In this document: positions 1 to 12,401 of the stretch, piece after piece
Position numbering within the stretch: position 1 is the stretch's first letter
How the letters are laid out: the number at the start of each line of letters is the position of its first letter
Origin: the human T2T-CHM13v2.0 reference genome, Homo sapiens
Assembly: GCF_009914755.1 (NCBI RefSeq)
Contig: NC_060932.1
Direction: 5' to 3' (one strand)
DNA: 64,000 nucleotides
Program-made: the position numbers and the translations under genes
The notes under the pieces: generated by a model
What the model was told of the DNA's origin: nothing
Databases searched by the model: none
What the model saw: the letters and a program-made list of their open reading frames with translations, nothing else

Positions 1-513
1 AGTGAAATGCATCTGATATGACGGCATGACACTGGCATGGAGTGTTGCTGGCAGACACAAGGCTGATGGGGTTCTGGCACTAACACCAGGCTCCACCCCA
101 GCCATCATCCCATCCTTTCACCCTCCTTCCTGTTTCTTGGTCTGTGCACTCACTATATGCTTTTTGTTGTTTTATTTTGCTTTTTGCCCAGAATGCCATT
201 CATCTCATTCTCCACTTTATAATCTCTCTTTCAGTCTTTAAACTTAGCTCTAATATCATTTACTCCAAAGCCTTTACAGACTCCCCTAAGTAGTGACCTT
301 TCCCTTTTTATGTTCCCAGAACACTTTTGAGCTCATTACTACAGAACTCATAAGGCTATACTGCAAATACATGCATATGTGTTTGTTTCCCTTGCTTGAC
401 TGAAACACCTCACCTGGGAACCATGGGAAATTGCCTAACATGAAGCAGGTGACAAACTGAGCAGGCTTGATTCCTGACCATCCTAGCCATCAGCCTTCTG
501 GGCTGGGCTATCA

Positions 514-1409
514 CAGTTGCACATTGCTTAACAATGGGGATACCTTCTGAGAAATAAATAATTAGACAATTTTGTTTTGTGATGATAGAGTATACTCACA
601 CAAGACTAGAAGGTAGGGCTTACTACACACCTAGGCTATATGGTATAGCCCATTGCTCCTAAGCTACAAACTTGTACGCACGTTACTGCTTTGAATACTG
701 TAGACAATGGTAACACAGTGGTAAGAAATACAGTGTTTGTGGCGATTCCTCAGGGAACTAGAACTAGAAATACCATTTGACCCAGCCATCCCATTACTGC
801 GTATATACCCAAAGGATTATAAATCATGCTGCTATAAAGACACATGCAAATGTATGTTTATAGCAGCACTATTCACAATAGCAAAGACTTGGAACCAACC
901 TAAATGTCCAACAACAATAGACTGGATTAAGAAAATGTGGCACATATACACCATGGAATACTATGCAGCCATAAAAAAATGATGAGTTCATGTCCTTTGT
1001 AGGGACATGGATGAAACTGGAAACTATCACATTCTCAGCAAACTATCGCAAGGACAAAAAACCAAACACCACATGTTCTCACTCATAGGTGGGAATTGAA
1101 CAATGAGAACACATGGACACAGGAAGGGGAACATCACACGCTGGGGACTGTTGTGGGGTGGGGGGAGGGCGGAGGGATAGCATTAGGAGATACACCTAAT
1201 GCTAAATGACGAGTTAATGGGTGCAGCACACCAACATGGCACATGTATACATATGTAACAAACCTGCACGTTGTGCACATGTACCCTAAAACTTAAAGTA
1301 TAATAATAATAAAATTTAAAAAAAGAAATAAAGTGTTATAATCTTATGAGACCAGCTTTGTACACCCAGTCCATTACTGGCCGAAACATTGTTATGTGGT
1401 TCCTGACTG
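514..1409 (-). mobile_element. Tigger3/MER7-type DNA transposon fossil interrupted by an L1
   Basis: Termini cagttgcacattgcttaacaatgggga... and ...ccgaaacattgttatgtggttcctgactg resemble Tigger3a (Golem derivative) ends. Confidence 0.75.
738..1325 (+). mobile_element. 5'-truncated young L1PA (about L1PA3/4): ORF2 C-terminus, 3' UTR and A-tail
   Basis: ORF 737-982 is the L1 ORF2p C-terminus (PFDPAIPLL...WNQPKCP...YTMEYYAAIKK); canonical 3' UTR; TSD aagaaata(c/a)agtgtt on both sides. Confidence 0.93.
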
Positions 1410-2667
1410 CAGTTTTTGAAAAATAAGGACACATCTATTCTCATGGTTTAAGGAAAAGGCATGAGACAACAAAAAAGACTAGACATCATTTTTCTTTTTT
1501 CCAGCTCATCCAGGCATGACCTCTCGGGACTCCCATTTAGAGAGTAAGGACTGAGGAAAAAAAAGTCTGTGTTCCTTTAGCCATACAAAGGGTGGAACGA
1601 ACTTTTCTGGTAAGTGAATCTAGAGGGTAATCCCACTCACAGATCAACAGCTAAGAAAGGAATCCAGTGCCCCCAGCCAGTAGGGACCCCTTGAAAAACA
1701 CACTCTATGTTAAATGTTCAACATACTTTGCACATTAAGGATAGAATATCATCTCTTGGACCTTTAAAATCTGCACTGAAAAGGAAGGGCAGGAATGCAA
1801 TACTGGGCTTTCCTGACAAGAACCCTAAGATAACTATTGGGAATGAATGAAATATTTTGGGGATGTGCTTCCACATTTTCATACTTATGATAAAAATAAT
1901 AGTACAGTAATCCCATCAATATTAGTATATACATGCCACATGAATCAATTTTTAATAAAAGAAGTTTCTACCCCTTTTGACTGATAAACTTTAATAATTT
2001 CTGTTGCCAATTTCTCTAAAATGCATTAGTTGCTTTCTTGCCTATTGAACAGAATGAACTTTTCTTGATGGCACAAAGTCATCATTGTGGAAATGTTGTA
2101 ATTAAATTATAACACAGAGTAATATGTCCTCAGAAGCTACTTGCTACCACCTTACACAGACTCCGAATGTTATAATTTCTTATTTTACATGCCCACTTGT
2201 ACAGTGTTTTAATAACAGTTTCACGCTTGCTGCTCGTAGGACATTGTCTGGTAGTAGAGGATTGCCCTCTTCCTACTAATTCCCAAGTTTTCATTTGTTG
2301 TGCATCGAAAAAACACATAATCACATTTGCTAGGACTGCATCTTAAGTAGGAGTGAGTGGGGCAATAGATTTATGTTTCTCACTGAATTCAGAACTCCTA
2401 GAAAGAAATAATAATATTTATGTTTTAGCCCCCCAAAGTGCCTAGCATGGTGTTTTGCATACCATACCATTAAATAATATTTTCTGATGTAAATTAAGCA
2501 AGTATATGAGCTGTATTTTTACATCTATTTTGGCCACTCAAGCACTGTTAGGTTGCTTGCTTTGTTTTAAGGTAGGTCACCAATAATAGTTTGCTAGATG
2601 AGGGATCGCTCTATAAATGACATCACTCTTGTGGTCTGCTAGGACATACACAGAAAGAATCTGTGAA

Positions 2668-2955
2668 AGGCGCATTGGCTCACACCTATAACCCCAACAC
2701 GTTGGGAAGCTGAGGCAGGAGGATCACTTGAGCCCAGGAGTTCGATACCAGCCTAGGCAACACAGAACGACTCCCTCTGTAAAACAAAGACAAAAATTAG
2801 CCAGGCATGGTGGTGTGTTCCTGTAATCCCACTACCTGGGAGGTTGAGGTGGTGGGAGGGCCGCTTGGGCCCAGGAGGTCAAGGGTGCAGTGAGCCACGT
2901 TTGCACCACTGCACTCCAGCCTGGGCTACAGAGCAAGATACCATCTTTAAAAACA
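2668..2955 (+). mobile_element. AluJ
   Basis: Dimeric Alu with J-type aggatcacttgagcccagg. Confidence 0.9.
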
Positions 2956-4439
2956 ACAATCTATGAAAAATGAGTTAAATTCCAGATGATTATTAGTTCC
3001 TTCTTTTTTCTTTCCAGGACTTTAAAATGTTCTACAAGTATTGCTTCTATAATAAGAAAAAGTTACATAAAACCCAAGATTATTTTAGCAGTTCTGTGGA
3101 AAACAGACTTAAATGAGGAAGCAATGGAGGAAAAAAAAATTAAAAAAAAGACAACGAAACTATAGAAATCAAGAAAGTTATTATTGGAAAAGAAAAAAAC
3201 AGTAGAAAGAACAAACAGAACTTGGTAATAGATGAAACACAGGAAGAAAGGTGACAGGAAAATCATCAGAGAGTGTCTGTATAATGACATGCTTGTTCTT
3301 TCATCTTCTATTCATTGAAACATTTATCAAGCGCTTACTCCTAAACAAGTATTTTTATTGAGTACTGGTACCACTAATGATGATGGAGAAAATGAGAAGC
3401 AATGGGTGTTTTCTGGGGAAGGAAGGGCAATGCTGATGGCCTGGAAGTCACTGGGAAACAAGAGGTGTGTCACGAGGTTAACGGGAGTAAACAAAAGACC
3501 AAAGCAAGAATAAGTCATAAAGGAAGATATCAACACAAAAATCTACTAATACTTTGCAGATAAGATAAAGACAGGTACAAAATTAGAAAGAAAGGATGCA
3601 AAGTTATTTATTAAAGTCATCTTGAACTACTCATTTACCCTCTCTGGCCACCACTGCCTCGTGACTGAATTGAAATAATAATGACTGTGAGGATTATAGG
3701 AAATACACAAGATATTGTGTATGAAATGATGGTAAACAGCGTTAAGGCACTGTAAAAACACAAGACATAATCAATGCTTTGCTGTCATGATGTCCAAGGA
3801 TAAAAAAGGACAAAAGCATTCATTTCCATTACATGTTAACCCTTAAAAGTAAAGCTTCTCTCTCTAGTGATATGTTCCAGTTCTATATTTTTCTCCATTT
3901 CCCCTCAGTGCCTTCCTGTCAATTTTATCAACTTTTTAAAAAAAGACACACCAAAAATACTCAGCAAGGCAAAGATTAGAGGGACTGCTTGAGCTTGGAT
4001 CTCCTTTCCAACTCACTGGGCACTGTACTGCAAAAGAATATAATTAGAGGAACTTGCCTAACTGTGACATAGTCTGAAAAACTACTTTTCTAAAAGACTT
4101 GTAAGATAGCAACATTAAGATGGGATTTCTTTAAGTAGCTACAAATCCATTTCTCTTTATATAAACTAAAATCAGAATATAAGTTTCTACCTGAACCTAG
4201 CCACTAAGCTTAGTTTAAAATTCTACTCCCTTTGCTTAGAACAACAGAAACAAAAAAGAGGGGTGGGAGCAGGAGTCAGCAAATTGGAGCTTAGACTGGT
4301 TTTGCAAGTTAGCAAATTATTAACTACTGCCAGCTTTCTACATTTGTCAAATGAAAACTGTAATATGCATTCTGTACTTTCACTACCCTTGCAGTTGTCA
4401 TTTCATATTGTAATTACTTATTTGTTTGACTATTATTTT

Positions 4440-4650
4440 TAATTTTTTTAAAGTTTTTAAATTTCTGTGGGTACACAGTAGGTGTATATATTTATGGGGT
4501 ACATGAGATATTTTGATACAGGCATGCAATGTGAAATAAGCACATCATGTAGAATGGGGTATCCATGCCCTAAAGCATTTACTCCTTTGAGTTACAAACA
4601 ATCCATACAGTCTTTAAGTTATTTAAAAATGTACAATTAAGTTATCATGT
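4440..4650 (-). mobile_element. L1MA-type 3' end fragment
   Basis: gggtacacagtaggtgtatatatttatggggtacatgagatattttgatacagg is typical antisense L1MA 3' UTR. Confidence 0.75.
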
Positions 4651-4944
4651 TTGACTATTTCCTCACTAAATTGAATGTTCCAAAAGAACCACGCCTTTCT
4701 TGTTCAATAGTATATCGTCTGTACCCAGCAAAGTGTCTGGTACAAAGTAAGCACTACATGGATACAATGTTTTGATATCCCAAGATAAAAGTGATAGCAG
4801 AGGAAATTTATTTGATTATTGATATATGTTCTTGTGTCTTTTGATGAGTAAAAGTGTTTAATTTTGATAAAAGTGTAATTATCAATTTCTTTTCATTTAG
4901 AAATATTGTTATCCGGTTCTTGTCTAAAAAATCTTTGCTTAAGA

Positions 4945-5375
4945 TATGGAATCAACCTAAATGCCCATCCATGAATGACTGGATAAAGAAAATGTGATAC
5001 ATATACACAGTGGAATACCATTCAGCCATAAAAAAGAATGAGATCCTGTTTCTTGCAGTGACATGGGGGTCATTATCATAAGTGAAACAGGTCAGATACA
5101 GAAAGACAAATATCACATGTTCTCACTTATAAGTGAGAGCTAAATAATGTGTACACATGGACGTAGAGTATGGAATGATACACAACAGTAACAGGGAAGG
5201 GTAATGGGGTAAGAGGTGGATGATGAGAGATTACTTAATGGATACAATGTACGTTATTTAAGTGATGGATAACTAACTTAAAAGTTCTGACTTCACCACT
5301 ATACAATCTATGGATGTAACAAAACTACAATTGTACCCCCATACATTTACACAAATAAAAAAATAAAAAATAAAA
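4945..5375 (+). mobile_element. L1PB/L1MA 3' end
   Basis: tggaatcaacctaaatgcccatc...gaaaatgtgatacatatacac..., ending in aataaa and an A-rich tail. Confidence 0.8.
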
Positions 5376-5551
5376 TAATGATCATAGCAGAGAAGTTCAA
5401 CCTCCTAAGGTAACGAAGACTATAGTGAAACAAACTGCATTCACTTGGTCTCTGAAAATACCAGTTTTGTGTTTTTATTGTCTATTTGCTTCAAAGAAAT
5501 GCTCTCTCATTTGGTCAGAGGTCAGAGTTACATCTAATGCCTGTTCAGTTC

Positions 5552-5840
5552 TTTTGAGACAGGGTCTCACTTTGTCACCTGGGCTGGAGTGCAGTTGCGT
5601 GATCATAGCTCACTGAAGCCTTAAACTCCTAGTGTCAAGTGATCCTCACACCTCAGCCTGTTGAGTAGCTGGGACTATAGGCACATGCTGCTGTGCTCAG
5701 CCAATTCTTTGTATTTTTTGTAGAGAAAGGGTCTTGCTTGGTTGCCGGGGCTGGTCTTGGACTCCTGGCTTCAAGCAATCCTCCTGCCTCAGCCTCCCAA
5801 AGTGCCAGGATTATAGCTATGAGCCACCGTGCCCGGACCC
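5552..5840 (-). mobile_element. AluJ
   Basis: Antisense Alu dimer (gagacagggtctcact...). Confidence 0.9.
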
Positions 5841-6009
5841 TGTTCAATTCTTGATAAACACTGCAATTACTTCAGAAGAATAACTTGTATCTGCCTTTCA
5901 ATTGACTTGATTTTTTTTGTTTGTTTAAAGGAAAATGCTAAAATGATGACCTAAAAACTAAAACTTAAAACTATTTGAAATTTAAAAATTAATTTAATTT
6001 TATTAAATT

Positions 6010-8800
6010 AATCCTTGCCTATCCCAAAGTTACAAAGATATTCTCCTGTTTCTTCAAGAAGCTCTGTAAGTTTTAGCTTTTACATTTATATCTATGATCC
6101 ATTTTTAAATAATTTTTTTGTGTATGGTGCAAGGTAGAGGTAATTGAGGGTTTGTTTGTTTTTTGTTTTTCTTCCTTCCAGATGAATAGTCTTTCCAGGA
6201 CTGTTAGTTGAAAAAATTTTTAACTTCTTTGGTGCCTTTGTCAAACCATTTCTGTTGGGTCTATTTTGGGGTTATTACACAAATCCATCTGTCTATCTTG
6301 TAGCATCAGTAGCACACTGTTAGGACTACTCTCACTGTATAGTAAGTTCTGAAATCAAGTAGATTAAGTCTTCCAATTTTGGTCTTGCTTTTCAAAATTG
6401 TTTAGATTATTGTAGTTATTTTGCATTTCCATATACATTTGAGATTAGCTTGTCAATTTCTTACTAAAAATCTTGCTGAGATTTTAATTGGGATTGTGCT
6501 GAATCTTTTAATCAATTTCTGGAGAACTGACATCTTAACCATATTAAGTTTCTAAATGAACATAGTATATCAATTCATTTATTTAGGTCTTTGCTCTCTC
6601 TCATCAATGTTTTACAGATTTCACATACCTTTTTTGTACATTTTTCATTAATTTTATCCCTGTTTAGTTTTTGATGCTACTGTAAACGATATTTGAAATC
6701 TCATTTTAGCAGTTTTGTTGATTCCTTAGGATTTCTCTGCATGTCATCTGCAAATAGAAACAGCGATATTTTCTTTTTTCCTAATATTTATGCCTTTCAC
6801 TTATTTTTCTTGCCTTATCACACTGGCTTAAACCTCCAAGATGATATTGAATAAAACAGGGCAGACATCCTTGCCTTATTCCTGATATTGGTAGAGGAAA
6901 TTACCTTTTGCTATTAAATGTGAGGTTAATTATAGGATTCCTATACATATACTTTATCAGTTTGGGGAATTTCCATCCAATTTATTGAGTTTTTAAATCA
7001 TGAATGAGTATTGAACTTTGTCAAATGCTTGTTTATGCATCTATTGAGATAATCATATGGTGTTACCCTTTCAATCTATTAATACAGTAATCTACTAATA
7101 CAGTGAATTACACCATTTGATTTTTAGTATTTACACTTTACATTCCTAGGAGAAGAAATGACTTTGATCATAATGTATCATACATTTTATATCACTAGAT
7201 TTGATTTGCTAATATTTTCTTAAGTGTTTTTGCCTATGTACATGAAAGTTTGCAATGTTATTTGTAATGTCATTGCATGGTTTTAATGTCAAGGCTATGC
7301 TGGTCTCATAAAATTTATTGGAAGGATACCATCTTACTTCTTTTTTGTAAAGATTTTTGTAAGATTGGTATTATATCTTCCTTAAGTATTTTATAGATTT
7401 CACTGGTAAAGCCATTCTCATCAGGAGTTTTCTATGTACAAAGGTTCTTAATTATAAATTCCATTTCTTTTATTTTTATTTTTTTCCCCTCAAATCATGG
7501 GATATTTCTTTAACAGATGGTAGGTTATTCAGATATCCTATTACTTCATGTGGTCAGTTTTGTTAACTTGAGTTCTTCAAGGAATTTTCCCATTTCATCC
7601 AAGTTTTCAAATTTACAGGCAAAAATCCTTTAGTCACAGAAAAGTAATATGTCTGAATTTTCCTTTTAAAATCTATAAGATCTATAGTAACGTCCTTTCT
7701 TTCATTCCTGAACTGGCAATCTGTGCTTTCTCTTTTTAAAAAAAATCAGTATTGCTAGGAGTTTATCAATTTTATTGACCTTCTAAAAGAATCAGCTTTT
7801 GGTTTCACAGATTTTCTCTACTGTTTGTCTTTTTATTTCCTTCCTCTTCTTTTTCTAACACCTTTGGATGGAAGATCACTGATTAAAGGCTATACATTTC
7901 CCTCTAAGCACTGATGTAAACTTCCATAAACTTTGATGATGCATTTTCCTTTTCAATCAGTTAAACTATTTTACTAATCACTTGTGACTTCTTCTTTATT
8001 CAATGGTTTATTTAGAAGAATATTGATGGAGCTGGGCACGGTGGCTCATGCCTGTAATCCCAGCACTTTGGGAGGCTGAGGCATGCAAATCACTTGAGGT
8101 CAGGAGTTCAAGACCAGCCTGACCAACATGGTGAAACCCCCATCTCTACCAAAAATACAAAAATTAGCCAAGCGTGGTAGTGCACACCTGTAATCCCAGC
8201 TGTTCGGGAGGCTGAGGCCGTGCCACTGCACTCTAGCCTGGGCAACACAGCGAGATTCTGTCTCAAAAAAAAAACAAAAAACAAACAAAACAACAACAAC
8301 AAAAGAAATACAGTGATTGATTTTTAAATATTCGTGAATTTTCTAGTTAAATTTTTATTATTGATTTCTAATTTTATTCCATTGTGGTCAAAGGATATCC
8401 TCTACATGATATGATTTCAATTCTTTGGAATTTACTGAGACTTGGTGTGCCCCCAGTATATAGTGTACATTCATATTCATTGTAAAACTGAAAGAAATGC
8501 CTATTTTAAAATTGCCCAGTATAGCATTCTACAAGTATTAACTAGATTAAGCTGTTTGGTGGTGTTATTCAAATATTCTATAATCTTACTTTTTGTTACC
8601 AATTCCATCAATAATTGAATGTAACAAAGATATTCAATGATAATTGTGAATTTGTCTATTTCTCTTCTTGACTCTTTGGGCTTTTGCTTCATATATTTTG
8701 AAGCTTTCCTATGAGATATATAAATATTTAGGATTTTTATGTCTTCTTGATAAATTGACTCTTAGCATTGTGGGATATCCTTCTTCATCTCTGATCATAG
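6010..8800 (-). mobile_element. Old L1M (L1MC/ME-like) ORF2 remnant, interrupted by an Alu
   Basis: Long T-rich degenerate antisense L1 ORF2 phrases (ttgtcaaatgctt...gcatctattgagataatcatatgg). Confidence 0.75.
8030..8305 (+). mobile_element. AluS with an internal right-arm deletion
   Basis: Alu dimer; gaggctgagg joins directly to ccgtgccactgcac. Confidence 0.9.
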
Positions 8801-11189
8801 GTTTTAGGTTCTAAGACAAGATATATATTCTATGCTAAAGTAAAAAGATGAAACATGAGACCAGACTGCTAGACTCAAAAAGCCACTACTTTGTGTTGAA
8901 GTTAATCTACCAGGGGTAGGAAAGGGTTATCCCTGTCTTGTCTCTAATATGGCCACTATTGGTACAGGGTGCTAGGAACTATCCTAAGCAATGTGTTGTG
9001 ATAGTGGGAAAGCAAGTGTTGGAGTAACAGCTGCAGGCTTGCTCCCCTGGGGTTCACTCCCATGCCATGCTGGTCTATGATGATTTTATTTGCTTAGCCT
9101 TAACCTGAATGATGGCTCCCACCAGGATGCCAACAACACTAGCCACGTATGAATGATGCTGTTGTGTGAATTCTTTATGTTTCTTAATACAAATATTTTG
9201 CTTTTGTATTTCTCAATACATTAACCTGAGAGACCCTTATTTTTACACCGTGTTCTCAAGGACATGAGCAATCTCGGGGATAAGTCAGCAGCGACTCCAG
9301 GTCTGTATGACAAGCAGACTTTCACTCCACAGAATGACTTTGACTGTGCCTCCTTCTACTGGATGATTGGAAATGAGCCTGAACAGAAAAGCGACACAGA
9401 GAGATTAGAAGAGGTCAGGGTTGGTGAAAGGACCAGAATGAAAACAGTGAGAATGAGGCTTGCATTTATATACATGTATTTAAGAGTTTCTGAACCAAAC
9501 CTTTAATCCTAGGTCATTGGCTCACTTTTCACACAAGAGTCATCCTTCACTGGATGAGGCTAAGGCTACCCTACACGTGCACACACTCGTGCAAAAATCC
9601 CAAGACAGTGTGGGGCAAACAAGATTGTAAGAACGAAACCTCTGTTTTCATCCCATGCTGCTGGGGATGTATGTTTGAAGCACACACACTGGAACCTTAA
9701 CCTTTCAAACCTCTGTACTTCTGTGTGGCTTTCAGATAAAACTGTAAACAAGAGCTTCTTTGTGGTGCAGGGCCAGCATCTTCTGCTGCAGTAGTGATAA
9801 CAGAGCCTAGGGAGCTAACAGAGAAAGGAAAATTTGATGGACAACATATGAAATCAGTGTGTACCTACCTCATTGACCGCTGTGTCTGTGTTGAAATGGG
9901 GCAAGTGGAATAGAACACACTGGGTGATGTGTGCCTGACTGTGAGTCCAGTCTTTCCAAAATCAACCCCTTCTAGCTTTTAGATATGTCTGAGCCTTGTA
10001 GAACTTCACAAGTTGCTGGTTTAGTGACTGCTACATGGTCTAGTTTGTCTAACTATAATGTGTTGGTCTTTCTCCTGTTGTTTTAGGGTATTGTTTACCA
10101 ACATTTTGTATGGAAAAAATACCAAATATTTTTGTCAAAAGATTATGCACCACACAAAGGATCTGATTTGTAAGCCTGTGTGACCCTTTCCACAAGGTGG
10201 ACATCTTTACCCACTCTCTCATTATGCTCCTTCCCTTATTTCCTATGTTAGACAAGATCTTCTGTCCCAAAAACTTGACTCCTCTCCTACCTTTAACCAA
10301 AACGACAAGATGCATGTACATACTGAATTCTTGGGGCAACTCCAAATTATAAAAGACTTGCATACAATTATGAATAAATTAGGAGCTCTGTAGCTTTCAT
10401 TTCCAATCCATACCCCAATGATTGAAGTCCATTCCTTATTGTGTTTATGTCAAACACTTTTACTGCTGGATTTGTATGGACCAGGTCTGTTTACTGCTCT
10501 CAAATCCTAGAGTAGACAGAAATGAGAGATGGGTGGTGGGGGGGCAGGAAGTCTTCCACTTAGAAACTTGAAGTGGGTGACAAAGAAATGAAAGAAGAAT
10601 GTCCATCAAATTCACTCAGGGACTCTTCTGCTGATGCAAAAGACCAATGTCAAAGTAGCCACAAGACTGTCTAGTAGCATGCAGATTGAATGTAATTCAA
10701 CTCTGTTCACTGCTAGAAACCAAAGCTTTATCTTGAGTTTACAAAAAGAAAGAGTGAGGAAAGAAAATGAGAACTTGTCTTTGTCTTTTATTTCCCCTTA
10801 TTTCTGAACTGCAGAAGACAACCCCCTTGAGCTTTGATGACCCCACCACTGGAGTATATTTATTGGATATTTGATTTTGCTGTACTGGATTCTTCCTTTC
10901 CCTTACTTCCCCCAGTGTTTTCTAACACATTAACCCTCTCCTTTCCTCCACTTCTTTTTTTTCCTGAAAAATGCAATGAATGAATAAAGTGTTATTGGCA
11001 ATGGAAAGCCAAAGCAACTGTGGTTGCATGCTAATGGGTACGGGGTATCTTTCAGGGGTGACACAAGTGTTCCAAAATTAGATTGTGATGATGGCTGCAC
11101 AACTCTGTGAATATACTAAAGAACACTCAATTGTACACTTTAAGAGTTATACGGTATGTGAATTAAATACAATAAAACTGTTAAGAGAC

Positions 11190-11530
11190 AGAGACAGACA
11201 GAGAAATGTAGCACTGCATTTGAAGTGCTCCAGAGCTCAGTCCCAGTCACCTTCCCTTCTCTACCTGCTGTACCCCTTGGTATGCTCCCTCAATCCCATC
11301 ACTTAAATATCATCTAGTGGCCCATGTCTTTTGAATTTCCATCTCCAGCTCCATCTTCTCCACTGAATTCCAGCCTACCTGACGTCTCCATTTGGAGGTC
11401 TAACAGGTATGTCAAACTTAACATGTTTAAGACAGAGCTTTTGATTCTCCTTTCAATCTGAATCTTCTCCTTCTCCATACAATCCCATCTCAGTAATACA
11501 CCACTATCCACAAAGTTTACTAAAGTTCAA
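11190..11530 (-). mobile_element. L2 fragment
   Basis: atctccagctcc...tctccatttggaggtctaacaggtatgtcaaacttaacatg is L2-like. Confidence 0.7.
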
Positions 11531-11569
11531 TAAAATAGCCATGTGGTTGAACAAGATAGAAAAAAATAA

Positions 11570-11797
<228 letters not shown>

Positions 11798-12048
11798 TAA
11801 ATGAATTTAACCAAGATCTTTGAGGTATCTCAGTTTAACACATAAAGCTAGGCATAGTTTACAAACAATGAAAACTATATCATTTCTATTATAGTTTTAA
11901 AAATAAAGATAATTTTTCCAAACAACCTTGTGCTAGAGTGCAAGAAAAATTCAAGTGACAAAAATCAATACAGGGAGCTGAGAGGAAGACCTATTTGAAT
12001 GGAGATCTCTTTTAGATATCTTTTTTGAATCAGAATAAAGAGCAAAAA

Positions 12049-12401
<353 letters not shown>

